From positions 1 to 64,000 of the forward strand of contig JBNKUM010000070.1 of NCBI GenBank assembly GCA_050298595.1: a DNA stretch of 64,000 nt, read 5' to 3'. This document shows positions 1 through 8,444 of the stretch, piece after piece (the stretch's first letter is position 1; the number at the start of each line of letters is the position of its first letter). Source of the DNA: Gammaproteobacteria bacterium. Lineage in GTDB: Bacteria; Pseudomonadota; Gammaproteobacteria; GCA-001735895. The position numbers and the translations under genes are program-made. The notes beneath the pieces are model-generated. The model was given only the letters and a program-made list of their open reading frames with translations, did not search any database and had not been told where the DNA came from.

Positions 1-1
1 T

Positions 2-100
2 CTCGGGCACAGTCACTTACAAACAACCATGATTTATACCCATGTAAAACCTGATCATAAGAACGTGAGTAGTCCATTAGATAGACTTAAAAGTGATTAA
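2..100 (+). CDS. 3' end of a tyrosine recombinase/integrase (IntI-like or XerD-like), truncated by the window edge
   Basis: Frame +2 reads LGHSHLQTTMIYTHVKPDHKNVSSPLDRLKSD*. This is box II (LGH...TTxIYTHV, with catalytic Tyr) plus the SPLD tail seen in integron integrases and related recombinases. Not in the ORF track. Confidence 0.85.
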   Translation, partial: LGHSHLQTTMIYTHVKPDHKNVSSPLDRLKSD

Positions 101-135
101 TATGACGTAAATCTGATCAGCGGCCAAGGAAGGCC

Positions 136-193
136 AATGACAGCTTTTGGCACGAACTTGCCAAATGAATACAAAGAATTAATGTCCGCTTTT
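136..193 (+). repeat. Motif pair copy 1: AATGACAGCTTTTGGCACGAACTTGCC-N18-AATGTCCGCTTTT
   Basis: Two AATG(A/T)C(A/C)GCTT cores start at 136 and 181, 45 bp apart. The same geometry recurs at 3428/3473. Confidence 0.55.
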
Positions 194-201
194 GATAGTC
201 G

Positions 202-331
202 TATGTCGGATAATCCTGGCAGGGATGTCAGAGAGTACGAGACCATGGACGGTCGAAGGTAGGACAATGCAGGACGCTATTGTCGAGAGCAACGCAGGAC
301 GCAGTTGCCGAGCAAAGCGCCATCCGACATA
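202..331 (+). repeat. REP-like palindrome containing four GGA-loop hairpins (CsrA/RsmA-binding-like array)
   Basis: Outer inverted repeat TATGTCGGAT (202-211)/ATCCGACATA (322-331). Inner hairpins at 216-231, 241-254, 263-284 and 289-308, each with an AGGGA/ATGGA/AGGA loop. Confidence 0.65.
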
Positions 332-491
332 AACAACACAAGCACTCTGGCAAACTCAAAGGCAAGCCAATGTTGGAAGGCATCGTTCCATATACAACCT
401 ACAATTCCGGGTTACGGGTTTGAACAGCTGACTTCTCTGTTGTGGGTCTGCAATAATTGTTGCATTATTGGGAAAAAGCTAACAATAACAC

Positions 492-2144
492 ATGGATCTC
501 TTCTCCCCTCTCCTGTCATGGATTACCGAACACGCCAACACGTTTGGCTTGCCTGGGCTGATTTTTCTCGCTTATGTCCATTACCGCTACAAGGTGAACT
601 ACCGTATCTTTTTCGGCAACCCTGGGGACAGCGAGCAACTGAGGGCCGAGCATAAGAATGATCTGGACAACCGAATCGACCTGATCAATTCCCGGTCATT
701 CGAAAACCGTTACCTGCACGAGTTAACCTTGGGCCTGGACAAGGTGGCGCAAAAGTGGACCAGGGATGAGGGATCACTGCTGAGTCCATCCAAAGGCTGG
801 ACGCGGCACTGGTTTGGCGTAAATCCGTTTACTCCCGGCAGTTATCAATTCTGTTTACGCCTGGCCCTGGTGTATCCGCTGGGCGCGTTCATTTTGTCAT
901 GGGGTATGGGAGGAAGCGGGGAATTTGCCACCTTGCCTGTGCTGGATGATCAGGCGAGCGGACTTGACAGGCTCTGGGCGAACGTAGGAATTGCTTGCAT
1001 TATCTTTTTTTCTTATCAACTCAGAGTGGCAAATACATGGGCTGCCATGATTATTTATTACGCTGTCGCTTTCGCTTTCGTTCTCCCTGTCACTGACGCT
1101 GCCACTGACGCTGCCACCCGCCTTTTCCTTGCCAATTTCGCTTTGTTTTTTTCTATCGTTTTCGTTGCCGCTGTCACTGCCTATAGCGCTGGCGCTTTAG
1201 CTGTCGCTTTAGCTGCAGTCTTTGCTTTCACTGTCTTAGTCGTTGTCAAAGGCGCTAGCGCTGTCTCTTACAATGCCGCTTTCGCTGCCACCTTCGCTAC
1301 CATTCTTGTTGTCTCTGTCATTGCCGCTGTCCTTTATGCCAAAAAAGAGAATCGTATACCGTATCGGGAGAGTATTTACTGGTGGGCGTTCACACTGTAT
1401 TTCCTGCTGTATTCCCTCGCTAGCATATATCTGGTGCTACGTTATGGAAGCGCTGAGCACGTGAAGCCCATCCTGCTTCCGGTTTTTCTCTGCATACTTC
1501 CATTGCTGAATGCGCCTGTCGACTGGTTGTCACTCGGCTTTACCCGGGGCCTGCTGTACGCCATAAAAAGCGGCGACCACAGCCCGCCTAAAGCCATTGC
1601 CTGGGCGTTTGCGGACCTGGTTTTGGCGATTAGTTTCCTTCTGCTAATTGCCAGCCTCACCACTTCGGTAATGGCGATAATTAATACACTGGCTTTCCAC
1701 ATCACCGGAGCCAACCTACTGGACCTGAACGGCCTCATCGCCGGACTACGCCACACCCCCCTGGCAACTGATTACTGGTGGATACATTTCATGATGCTTT
1801 CCACCCTTGTTCCCACTCTGGTTCATTTTATGATCGCGGGCATGGCCCTGGTGCTTGTACTGCCCGAATCGCTACGCCGCAAGATGGTCGCAAGCCTGAG
1901 GCCCGAAGATTCAATTAGCGTTCTGTATGTTCCGGAAACGGTCAGAGAAGAAACCAAGCCCCGAGGTGATTATCGCCGATATGCCTTCTATTACATCACC
2001 TTCGGGCCACTGCTTGCTTTTGTTGGGCCAGCTTTTCTGCTGTGGGTTCTCTACCAGCTGGTCACGGCATGGCATGGAGCCCTCGGCTTTCTGCTATTGG
2101 ACTGGGTGGAATGGCTGGTACAGTCGATCAGCTCTGCTTTTTAG
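492..2144 (+). CDS. Uncharacterised polytopic membrane protein with a low-complexity Ala/Val/Phe tract
   Basis: 550-aa ORF with many hydrophobic helices. No recognisable catalytic motif. Confidence 0.8.
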   Translation: MDLFSPLLSWITEHANTFGLPGLIFLAYVHYRYKVNYRIFFGNPGDSEQLRAEHKNDLDNRIDLINSRSFENRYLHELTLGLDKVAQKWTRDEGSLLSPSKGWTRHWFGVNPFTPGSYQFCLRLALVYPLGAFILSWGMGGSGEFATLPVLDDQASGLDRLWANVGIACIIFFSYQLRVANTWAAMIIYYAVAFAFVLPVTDAATDAATRLFLANFALFFSIVFVAAVTAYSAGALAVALAAVFAFTVLVVVKGASAVSYNAAFAATFATILVVSVIAAVLYAKKENRIPYRESIYWWAFTLYFLLYSLASIYLVLRYGSAEHVKPILLPVFLCILPLLNAPVDWLSLGFTRGLLYAIKSGDHSPPKAIAWAFADLVLAISFLLLIASLTTSVMAIINTLAFHITGANLLDLNGLIAGLRHTPLATDYWWIHFMMLSTLVPTLVHFMIAGMALVLVLPESLRRKMVASLRPEDSISVLYVPETVREETKPRGDYRRYAFYYITFGPLLAFVGPAFLLWVLYQLVTAWHGALGFLLLDWVEWLVQSISSAF

Positions 2145-2390
2145 GATCAAATTAACTGGTGACATGTACACATTAGACACTGATCAGTGGCTATAGCTGC
2201 TATTGATCCAAACAAGTTAGCAAAATTACAAAACGGAACGGGGAGATAGGAAATAGTGAGGATGGGTCTTTAACGGCTATTTTCGGTGATAAAGAGCCAC
2301 TGTCAGAAAAGATATAGTCGAAATAAAGTCCATTGGATGTGCTTTTTCGCGTTTTTATAAGCAATAGACTAAAACCTGGAAAGGAAAATT

Positions 2391-3203
2391 ATGAATACTT
2401 ATGCTGTCAAGACTCAAGAGAATAAAAGCCAATCGGTAGCTCATTCTGTTTCTCAAAAGCAGAGTGGTAATCGGGCTACTTTTCAATTTGTTGATAATCG
2501 ACCTGAGAGTATTACTCAGCGAAAACAGCAAAAGATGATAGGCAAAAATCCACAGGTGATGTCGCCAAATCATACTAAAAGCAAAGAATCATATGTTAGA
2601 AAAATGCAGAAAGGAGTGGTTCAACGTGAATATGATTTAGCTGACAACTCAGAGGAAAACAAGGAGAAAATGAGGCTTTATGACATCGTATTACACGAAG
2701 TACACGATATACTTAGTGCAAAGAACGTTGCCTACAAGCTGCAAGGAAGTATGGCGCAAGCCATGCAGGGTGGAGGTGTGCTAGAGTTGCCCGGTGATAT
2801 AGATGTTTTAGTGCCGAGCCCCATAATTGCTGCGAATTTTCTTGCGGCATCTGGAAAGTTTACAATTACTGTTAGATCAGGAATCGTTTCGAAAGTAAAT
2901 CACAAAGACACAGGTATTCAAGTGGATTTGGCTGAAACAGATGACTTTGGAATGGCAGCTGCGGGAACTGAAGAAATAGAAGGTATTGCTGTTCTTAATC
3001 TATATGAAACGCTAACAGGATTGCTATTAAGACCAGAGAAAAGGTTGAAAGACCATGTAGCTTTTATCTCATTAATCGTTCCAAGAGGCGATGAGTTAAG
3101 TGACGAGGAAAAGGAAGCATTAGTTGGCAGAACACCTTTTAAAAGCTGGTCAGAACTGTATGGTTTTGCACTAGAAAACTATACTAAGATGGTAATGGAA
3201 TAG
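2391..3203 (+). CDS. Putative eCIS-effector-like protein: DUF4157-protein-type N-terminal leader plus nucleotidyltransferase-like domain
   Basis: RBS AAGGA upstream. N-terminus MNTYAVKTQENKSQSVA...TFQFVDNRPE...QRK, a VVQR junction, then GS(x12)GDIDVLV, a Pol-beta-fold NTase motif. Confidence 0.65.
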   Translation: MNTYAVKTQENKSQSVAHSVSQKQSGNRATFQFVDNRPESITQRKQQKMIGKNPQVMSPNHTKSKESYVRKMQKGVVQREYDLADNSEENKEKMRLYDIVLHEVHDILSAKNVAYKLQGSMAQAMQGGGVLELPGDIDVLVPSPIIAANFLAASGKFTITVRSGIVSKVNHKDTGIQVDLAETDDFGMAAAGTEEIEGIAVLNLYETLTGLLLRPEKRLKDHVAFISLIVPRGDELSDEEKEALVGRTPFKSWSELYGFALENYTKMVME

Positions 3204-3259
3204 CCTTGAAAAAAGACTTAATACATTTATGAATGCAGAGTTTGGTTTAAGATAAAAGC

Positions 3260-3312
3260 CCATAACAAAACCTAAAAGCCATTGAAAACGTCTTTTAGCC
3301 CAACTGTTATTA
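3260..3312 (+). repeat. attC-like imperfect inverted repeat downstream of ORF 2391-3203
   Basis: CCATAAC-AAAAC-CTAAAAG-(13 nt)-CTTTTAG-CCCAACT-GTTATTA: AAC/GTT outer boxes and an inner 7-bp pair. Confidence 0.5.
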
Positions 3313-3427
3313 CGTCGGTTCCCTCGTTGGGTTACGTGTAGAAGTCAGGCTCGATGATTTTCCGGTATCATGATTAGAGCTTCAGGGTTTTGATTGCGAT
3401 AGACCTACTTTTGAAATTTTGTTTCCA

Positions 3428-3483
3428 AATAACCGCAACGGGCCGAAAGCGCCCATAGCACCTGGAATAACGAATGTCAGCTT
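3428..3483 (+). repeat. Motif pair copy 2: AATAACCGCAACGGGCCGAAAGCGCCC-N18-AATGTCAGCTT
   Basis: Same 27+18 nt geometry as 136-193. The second core matches AATGTCCGCTT at 10/11 positions. Confidence 0.5.
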
Positions 3484-3552
3484 AACTGAAATTTGTGAGA
3501 TAAAATCAAGCACTGATCCACACTAGTTAGATCAAATACAACGCATTACAGG

Positions 3553-3726
3553 TCAATCCTGGCACTCAGGACAAGTCACCCCGGTTTTGCATGGATACCC
3601 ATCGATACTACATTTCACTTCTTCCGTTACAGCTATAAACGACACGATTTCTCGTGCGATCTGTTTTCTAAGCTGTTCACCATCACGATAGGCAATGGCT
3701 ATATTTGTAAGCTTGTTAATGAGATC
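3553..3726 (-). pseudogene. Start-less ORF remnant with a C-terminal 4-Cys motif, possibly phage-like
   Basis: 57 open codons DLINKLTNIAIAYRDGEQLRKQIAREI...CSIDGYPCKTGVTCPECQD*, preceded by an in-frame TGA. Confidence 0.35.
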
Positions 3727-3737
3727 TCAATATTCGT

Positions 3738-3785
3738 AGAATCAAAGGGGCAGAATTGTTGATTCTTTCAGCCCCCCTTGATTCT
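3738..3785. repeat. Short inverted-repeat element AGAATCAA(A)GGGG...CCCCTTGATTCT
   Basis: Arms at 3738-3750 and 3774-3785. TTGATTC occurs three times in 3759-3791. Confidence 0.5.
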
Positions 3786-3886
3786 TGATTCATAACAGAA
3801 GCTTTGATTTGAGAATATCAAAACCGCTAGTTTTGCTTAGATATAAACTTTATCAACCAGCGGCCTTATCGTCACTGGTTATAAAA

Positions 3887-5473
3887 TCAATGCAAACAAC
3901 ACTTCTTAAACTTCTTGCCGCTACCGCAGGGGCAAGGATCATTTCTTCCAACCTTGGGAGTTTCTCGTTCAAAGGGTTGCTGTACATCCCAGTTGAAATC
4001 ACTGTCTGGTTCGCCGAATAGCTCATCCTCATAATCTATCTCGTCTTCAGCTTCCCATGCTTCAGATTCTGACCAGCTTTGATGACGCGCTTTTATTGCC
4101 GATATTTGATAAAAACCCCAGGGTTCTCTTTCGTTTTCCCATTCTGGTTGATCGATGTCCAGACGGTATGCAGCTTCGATATCGTGTTTGTCGAATATCC
4201 TGTCAAATGCATCCTGTAACGATGCCATATGGCCGAGCAGCTCACGATAGCGGTCACGGGGAAAATTGAGCAGGCAACCTGCCGCCGGAAACCTGAATTC
4301 CCAGTCTTCATTCTCATCGGAAACAAACCCTGCGAGCCAGTCGAGGCTCGCTTCAAGGGTCTGCCCGCCCTGTTGTTTCGCGTCGGCGATAACGGCTTCA
4401 ACCAGATTTATACGGGTGTACCAGTCAATTTGTGTATCTTCACATAGTTCGCGCAGCTTGTGGATCACCGTTGCGGGTTTGTTGCGGGTCAGCGCAGGCC
4501 AGTAGCCGGCGAACCAGTCCTGGATTTCGCCGTCTTCACTGAGTCTCAAATAGTCGATAAATGGCAGTAACATCATACCTGCCTTTTCACTCGGGATTAG
4601 CCCCAGGATCATAATGGCGTGTAAGCGCATCCACCAGCGGCCTAAAGTTTCAAATGGCTCTCCTTCATTTGGGTCTGCAATAGGTGCCAGCGCCTCTACC
4701 ATTTTTTCTCCACGACTGGCGCATTCGTCGATGACGTTACGTGGTACGCGGTCTTCGTCGTCGATCATGAGTTCAATCAGTTCGGCTTCGCTTAGAGTTT
4801 TTAAATAGTCATTGTTATATTCGGGTAGTTCATCGGTCTCTGGATCGAACCCCAGGCCTGATGTTGGGGTCTCGTTTTCGCGTTGCGAAAGCCAGTAGGC
4901 ATGAATCTCTTTTGCGCAGGGTGTGATCTGTTGTTGCAGTGCATGAATCTCATCCATGTCGAGGCTGTCGAGCAGATCAAACATTTGTTCACTACCAAAA
5001 ATCACTATTGGCATAAGCATTTGGATCATGGGTTCGCTTTCGATATTCCAGTCTTCCAGACATAAGGACATGCCTCGAATATAGCCAAAACACCATTCAT
5101 CGACGACAAGATATTCTTCATCATCTACGATATTTTTTTCAAATACAGGTTGGTATTCTTCCGGCTCTTCCATCAACGTAAAGACAATGCTATTCATGAT
5201 GTCGATCATGATGCTGAATATTCTTTCGAATTGTTCTTCGTTTTCCCACTCGGGTTCAAAATCTCCCCATACTAATGGCAGCCATTGCATAGGTGAAATC
5301 ATTTTCGGGCCACTGACTATCGCGGTGAAAAAACCATCTAGCTCGGAGATACATTGTATCCCTTCATCCTTGTCGTCTGTAGATTCATCGTCGATAATTC
5401 GATTGGCTAATATTTCTTCAAGCCAGTCTAAATCAGCATCGGTGAGCATGCTCTCTGTCGAGGAGTTATTCAT
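3887..5473 (-). CDS. YecA/UPF0149-like domain + DUF1186-like region + C-terminal SEC-C zinc motif protein
   Basis: N-terminal [27 protein letters not shown] and WCFGYIRG (YecA-like). C-terminal [20 protein letters not shown]. Confidence 0.8.
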   Translation of the reverse strand: MNNSSTESMLTDADLDWLEEILANRIIDDESTDDKDEGIQCISELDGFFTAIVSGPKMISPMQWLPLVWGDFEPEWENEEQFERIFSIMIDIMNSIVFTLMEEPEEYQPVFEKNIVDDEEYLVVDEWCFGYIRGMSLCLEDWNIESEPMIQMLMPIVIFGSEQMFDLLDSLDMDEIHALQQQITPCAKEIHAYWLSQRENETPTSGLGFDPETDELPEYNNDYLKTLSEAELIELMIDDEDRVPRNVIDECASRGEKMVEALAPIADPNEGEPFETLGRWWMRLHAIMILGLIPSEKAGMMLLPFIDYLRLSEDGEIQDWFAGYWPALTRNKPATVIHKLRELCEDTQIDWYTRINLVEAVIADAKQQGGQTLEASLDWLAGFVSDENEDWEFRFPAAGCLLNFPRDRYRELLGHMASLQDAFDRIFDKHDIEAAYRLDIDQPEWENEREPWGFYQISAIKARHQSWSESEAWEAEDEIDYEDELFGEPDSDFNWDVQQPFERETPKVGRNDPCPCGSGKKFKKCCLH

Positions 5474-5534
5474 AATATTTATCTACTCAATGAATTGATT
5501 GCCAGGCCCTGTTAGCACTTTATGAAAAAAGAAT

Positions 5535-6248
5535 TTATATTTTCGATTTTATCGAATCAGATCTAAGCTTCTGCTGAAGGTATGTATACACATGACTGTC
5601 TTGCCTGATTATAAGCTCGTAACACAGTTGACAAATAGACAGAACAACAAAATAGGAGATAAAAACATCACTGAAGAAATGCCCACCTGCCGTAATTCTG
5701 GCAAGCCCTACACTAAAGCCATATAGTGTTGCTAAAGCGACCCACCACCCACGTTTTCTGGTCGTCAGAAAAGCCAGCGCCAAAACAAAAAATGCGCCTG
5801 CCGCATGCCCCGAAGAGAATGAACAGTTTTTTTCACACTGATCACTGATTACAAAGGCTGGTGTAAATATTTTATCCCCACCAAACTCTGTGACGGTGAG
5901 TGGACGCGCTCGACCAAAATGGTCTTTGAATAAGCTATTTACAATAAGGCCTGGACCGACAATCAATGCGATCAATAAATACAGGGTTATCCTGCCATTG
6001 ACCTTAAGCAGGTTGCGTCGAAAAATTTTATTAAAAAGATACAGACCCAGCACTCCGAATACAACCGTTTTAAGTAATATCGGCACCGAGTTGTAGAGTA
6101 GTGTCACCCACCATGAATCCTTGAGATAAAACCCCTGTTCGGGAGTGTAAAACAAAGAGGTGATCTGTATATCAATTTGCGGATAAAGAATCAGCAGGAT
6201 AGATGACAAAATATTGAACAGCAGTGCTATCTTGAATTTGGTTGACAT
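5535..6248 (-). CDS. PAP2-family phosphatase, probable lipid A phosphatase (LpxE/LpxF-like)
   Basis: Motifs KDHFGRARP, SFSSGH, RITAGGHFFSD. Membrane protein adjacent to lpxL/waaA. Start taken at MSTKF (6248); the ORF extends to 6272. Confidence 0.75.
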   Translation of the reverse strand: MSTKFKIALLFNILSSILLILYPQIDIQITSLFYTPEQGFYLKDSWWVTLLYNSVPILLKTVVFGVLGLYLFNKIFRRNLLKVNGRITLYLLIALIVGPGLIVNSLFKDHFGRARPLTVTEFGGDKIFTPAFVISDQCEKNCSFSSGHAAGAFFVLALAFLTTRKRGWWVALATLYGFSVGLARITAGGHFFSDVFISYFVVLSICQLCYELIIRQDSHVYTYLQQKLRSDSIKSKI

Positions 6249-6289
6249 CGGTGGATTGTAATATAGATACAAAGATCAAGACATAAGAT

Positions 6290-7216
6290 TTAATAGACTG
6301 CTGCTTCACCCGGAGGTCGGGTTTTAAAACGCCGGTGTACCCATACATACTGCTCAGGATATTGCGCGACCTGAGATTCAATCACCTGATTTATCTGTAG
6401 TGCATCCAGGCTATCATCGCCGGATGGAAAATTTTGCAGCGGCGGTAGAAATCTCACCAGGTAACGACCATTGGTTTGATAAAAAAAGAATAAGGGTATG
6501 ACCACCGCTCCGGTAGATTTCGCAAGCCGCGAGGTCGAGGTCAGGGTTGCTGTCTGTACCCCGAAAAATGGCGCGAATACACTGCGACGACGACCGAAAT
6601 CCTGATCGGGCGCATACCATAAACCCTCACCCTGCTTCAGGAATCGAATCATATTGCGCATATCCATGCGTTCCAGCACTCGTTGATAGGCTTGTGTACG
6701 TGAGCGATATACCATGACATCCATCAGCGAGTTATTCATTTTCTGGTAGGTGATATTAAAACGATATTTCTTTGCCAGCAGGCGCCCACCCAGTTCCATC
6801 GCAAAGGTATGCCCGCCCATCATGATCACGCCACGTCCGCTGGACAGGGCCTGCTCGAAGTATTCCAGACCTTCAAAATCGACCGGTATTTTTTGCAGCC
6901 GTTTTTTTGATCCCCACCATACCAGAGGCATTTCCATAAGCATCATCCCCATACTCGAAAAAACTCGCTTTACCAGATAGGTCTGTTGAGTCTGATCCAG
7001 TTCAGGAAATGCCAGCTTGATATTGGTGAGCGATATTTTTTTTCGCTGAGGTAACAGGTAATAAAACACCTGACCAAGCCCCCTGCCCAATACGTGGCTG
7101 AGCTGCAGCGGCAGATAGGCCACCAGATGAGACAGACCAATAAATACCCACATCAGCCAGTACTTTGGTGCCAGGTAATGGTATAGCTCGAGTTTTTCAG
7201 GTGCGCGGCTTTTCAT
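6290..7216 (-). CDS. lpxL: Lipid A lauroyl acyltransferase (LpxL/LpxP family)
   Basis: HTFAME, WYAPDQDFG and PEQYVWVHRRFKTRP motifs. Confidence 0.9.
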   Translation of the reverse strand: MKSRAPEKLELYHYLAPKYWLMWVFIGLSHLVAYLPLQLSHVLGRGLGQVFYYLLPQRKKISLTNIKLAFPELDQTQQTYLVKRVFSSMGMMLMEMPLVWWGSKKRLQKIPVDFEGLEYFEQALSSGRGVIMMGGHTFAMELGGRLLAKKYRFNITYQKMNNSLMDVMVYRSRTQAYQRVLERMDMRNMIRFLKQGEGLWYAPDQDFGRRRSVFAPFFGVQTATLTSTSRLAKSTGAVVIPLFFFYQTNGRYLVRFLPPLQNFPSGDDSLDALQINQVIESQVAQYPEQYVWVHRRFKTRPPGEAAVY

Positions 7217-8444
7217 CGATCTCGCTTTGTATAATCTGCATCAGCTTTGTGGTTGCCCCCTGACCTTTGCGCAAGACACTCTGTCCCTGTTTTATCAGGG
7301 TCTGGATCTGTTGAGAATTATGCATCAGGTTTTTCAATGCTGTAGCCAGGTTTTCTGCTGTGACCAGAACAACTGCCTGTTGTTGCTCAAGCTCGGCATA
7401 GGCTTCAGAAAAATTAAATACATGGGGGCCGGTCAGCACTACGGCATCATACAGTAATGCTTCATAGGGATTGTGTCCGCCGGTTTGAACCAGGCTGCCA
7501 CCAATAAATGCCAGATCTGCCAATTGGTAGAACTTTAGAAGATCACCCATGGTGTCGCCCAGTAGTACATCGCTATCATGACAGGTTTCAGAATCACTGA
7601 AACGCTGATAACTAAAGCCCTGTTTTTCTATTAATCTGGCTACTTCTTCAAACCGTTCAGGATGCCTTGGCACCAGGATCAGGGTGCATTCATCCCCTGC
7701 CTCCAGCAATTTGCGTTGCGCGGCCAGCACCAGTTCATCCTCACCACGGTGGGTACTCGCGGCCACCCACAATGGACGGTTAAACCTTTGCTTTAATGTT
7801 TCAGCAGCCTGAATAGTCGCAGGATCTGGATGCACATCCAGCTTGATGTTACCCATAACATCTAAACGCTTTACTCCCAGTTGCTGAAAATACTGACTAT
7901 CCTGACTGGACCTTGCAGCCACATGGATGGCAGCAAATACCGGCTTAAGCATATTTTGAAACCGTGCGTAACCTGCTGCACTTTTCGCGGAGAGGCGTGC
8001 ATTGGCAATCACTACTGGTACAGCCTGTTGCTGGCAGCCCATAATCAGGCTCGGCCAGATTTCGGTTTCCATGATAATGCCCACTCTCGGTTGCCAGTTA
8101 CGCAAAAAGCGCTTTACCGCAAAAGGAACATCCAGCGGCAGGTAGCTATGTAGCGCGAAGGGATATTTACGACGGACACGTTCCGAGCCAGTAGGTGTGG
8201 TTGATGTTATCAATATAGGAATATCTGGATATTGAAGCTGCAGAGTATGAATCAACGGAGCTGCGGCTTCGGCCTCTCCCACAGATACCGCATGTACCCA
8301 GATCACGGATTTTTGTGGGCTTTGACAAAAACCCAGGCGCTCTTTCCAGCGTTTCCGATAGGCTGCATTGTGTCGGCTACGCCATAGCAGGCGTATAAAC
8401 ACAAACGGTAGTAGCAGGTGCATCATCAGCTTATACAGTGCCAT
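7197..8444 (-). CDS. waaA: Kdo transferase
   Basis: IWVHAVSVGE, METEIWP, AASTHRGED, LVPRHPERF, GGSL..GGHNPYE. Confidence 0.95.
   Translation of the reverse strand: MALYKLMMHLLLPFVFIRLLWRSRHNAAYRKRWKERLGFCQSPQKSVIWVHAVSVGEAEAAAPLIHTLQLQYPDIPILITSTTPTGSERVRRKYPFALHSYLPLDVPFAVKRFLRNWQPRVGIIMETEIWPSLIMGCQQQAVPVVIANARLSAKSAAGYARFQNMLKPVFAAIHVAARSSQDSQYFQQLGVKRLDVMGNIKLDVHPDPATIQAAETLKQRFNRPLWVAASTHRGEDELVLAAQRKLLEAGDECTLILVPRHPERFEEVARLIEKQGFSYQRFSDSETCHDSDVLLGDTMGDLLKFYQLADLAFIGGSLVQTGGHNPYEALLYDAVVLTGPHVFNFSEAYAELEQQQAVVLVTAENLATALKNLMHNSQQIQTLIKQGQSVLRKGQGATTKLMQIIQSEIDEKPRT

Noticed and set aside
136-331. Possible CRISPR array from regularly spaced short repeats
   Set aside because: Repeats are degenerate, occur only in pairs, have no constant 23-47 bp unit, and no cas genes are visible.
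305-655. 116-aa ORF
   Set aside because: Starts inside the hairpin repeat, overlaps the better-supported 550-aa ORF and has no motif.
1062-1331. DGR variable region (NNY codon pattern)
   Set aside because: No reverse transcriptase or adenine-rich template copy in the window, and the tract is A-depleted and internal; repeat decay explains it better.
2176-2203. Third copy of the boundary motif between the two island genes (CACTGATCAGTG palindrome + GCTATAGCTGCT)
   Set aside because: Only the right half loosely resembles the motif; no AATGTC core and no 45-bp partner.
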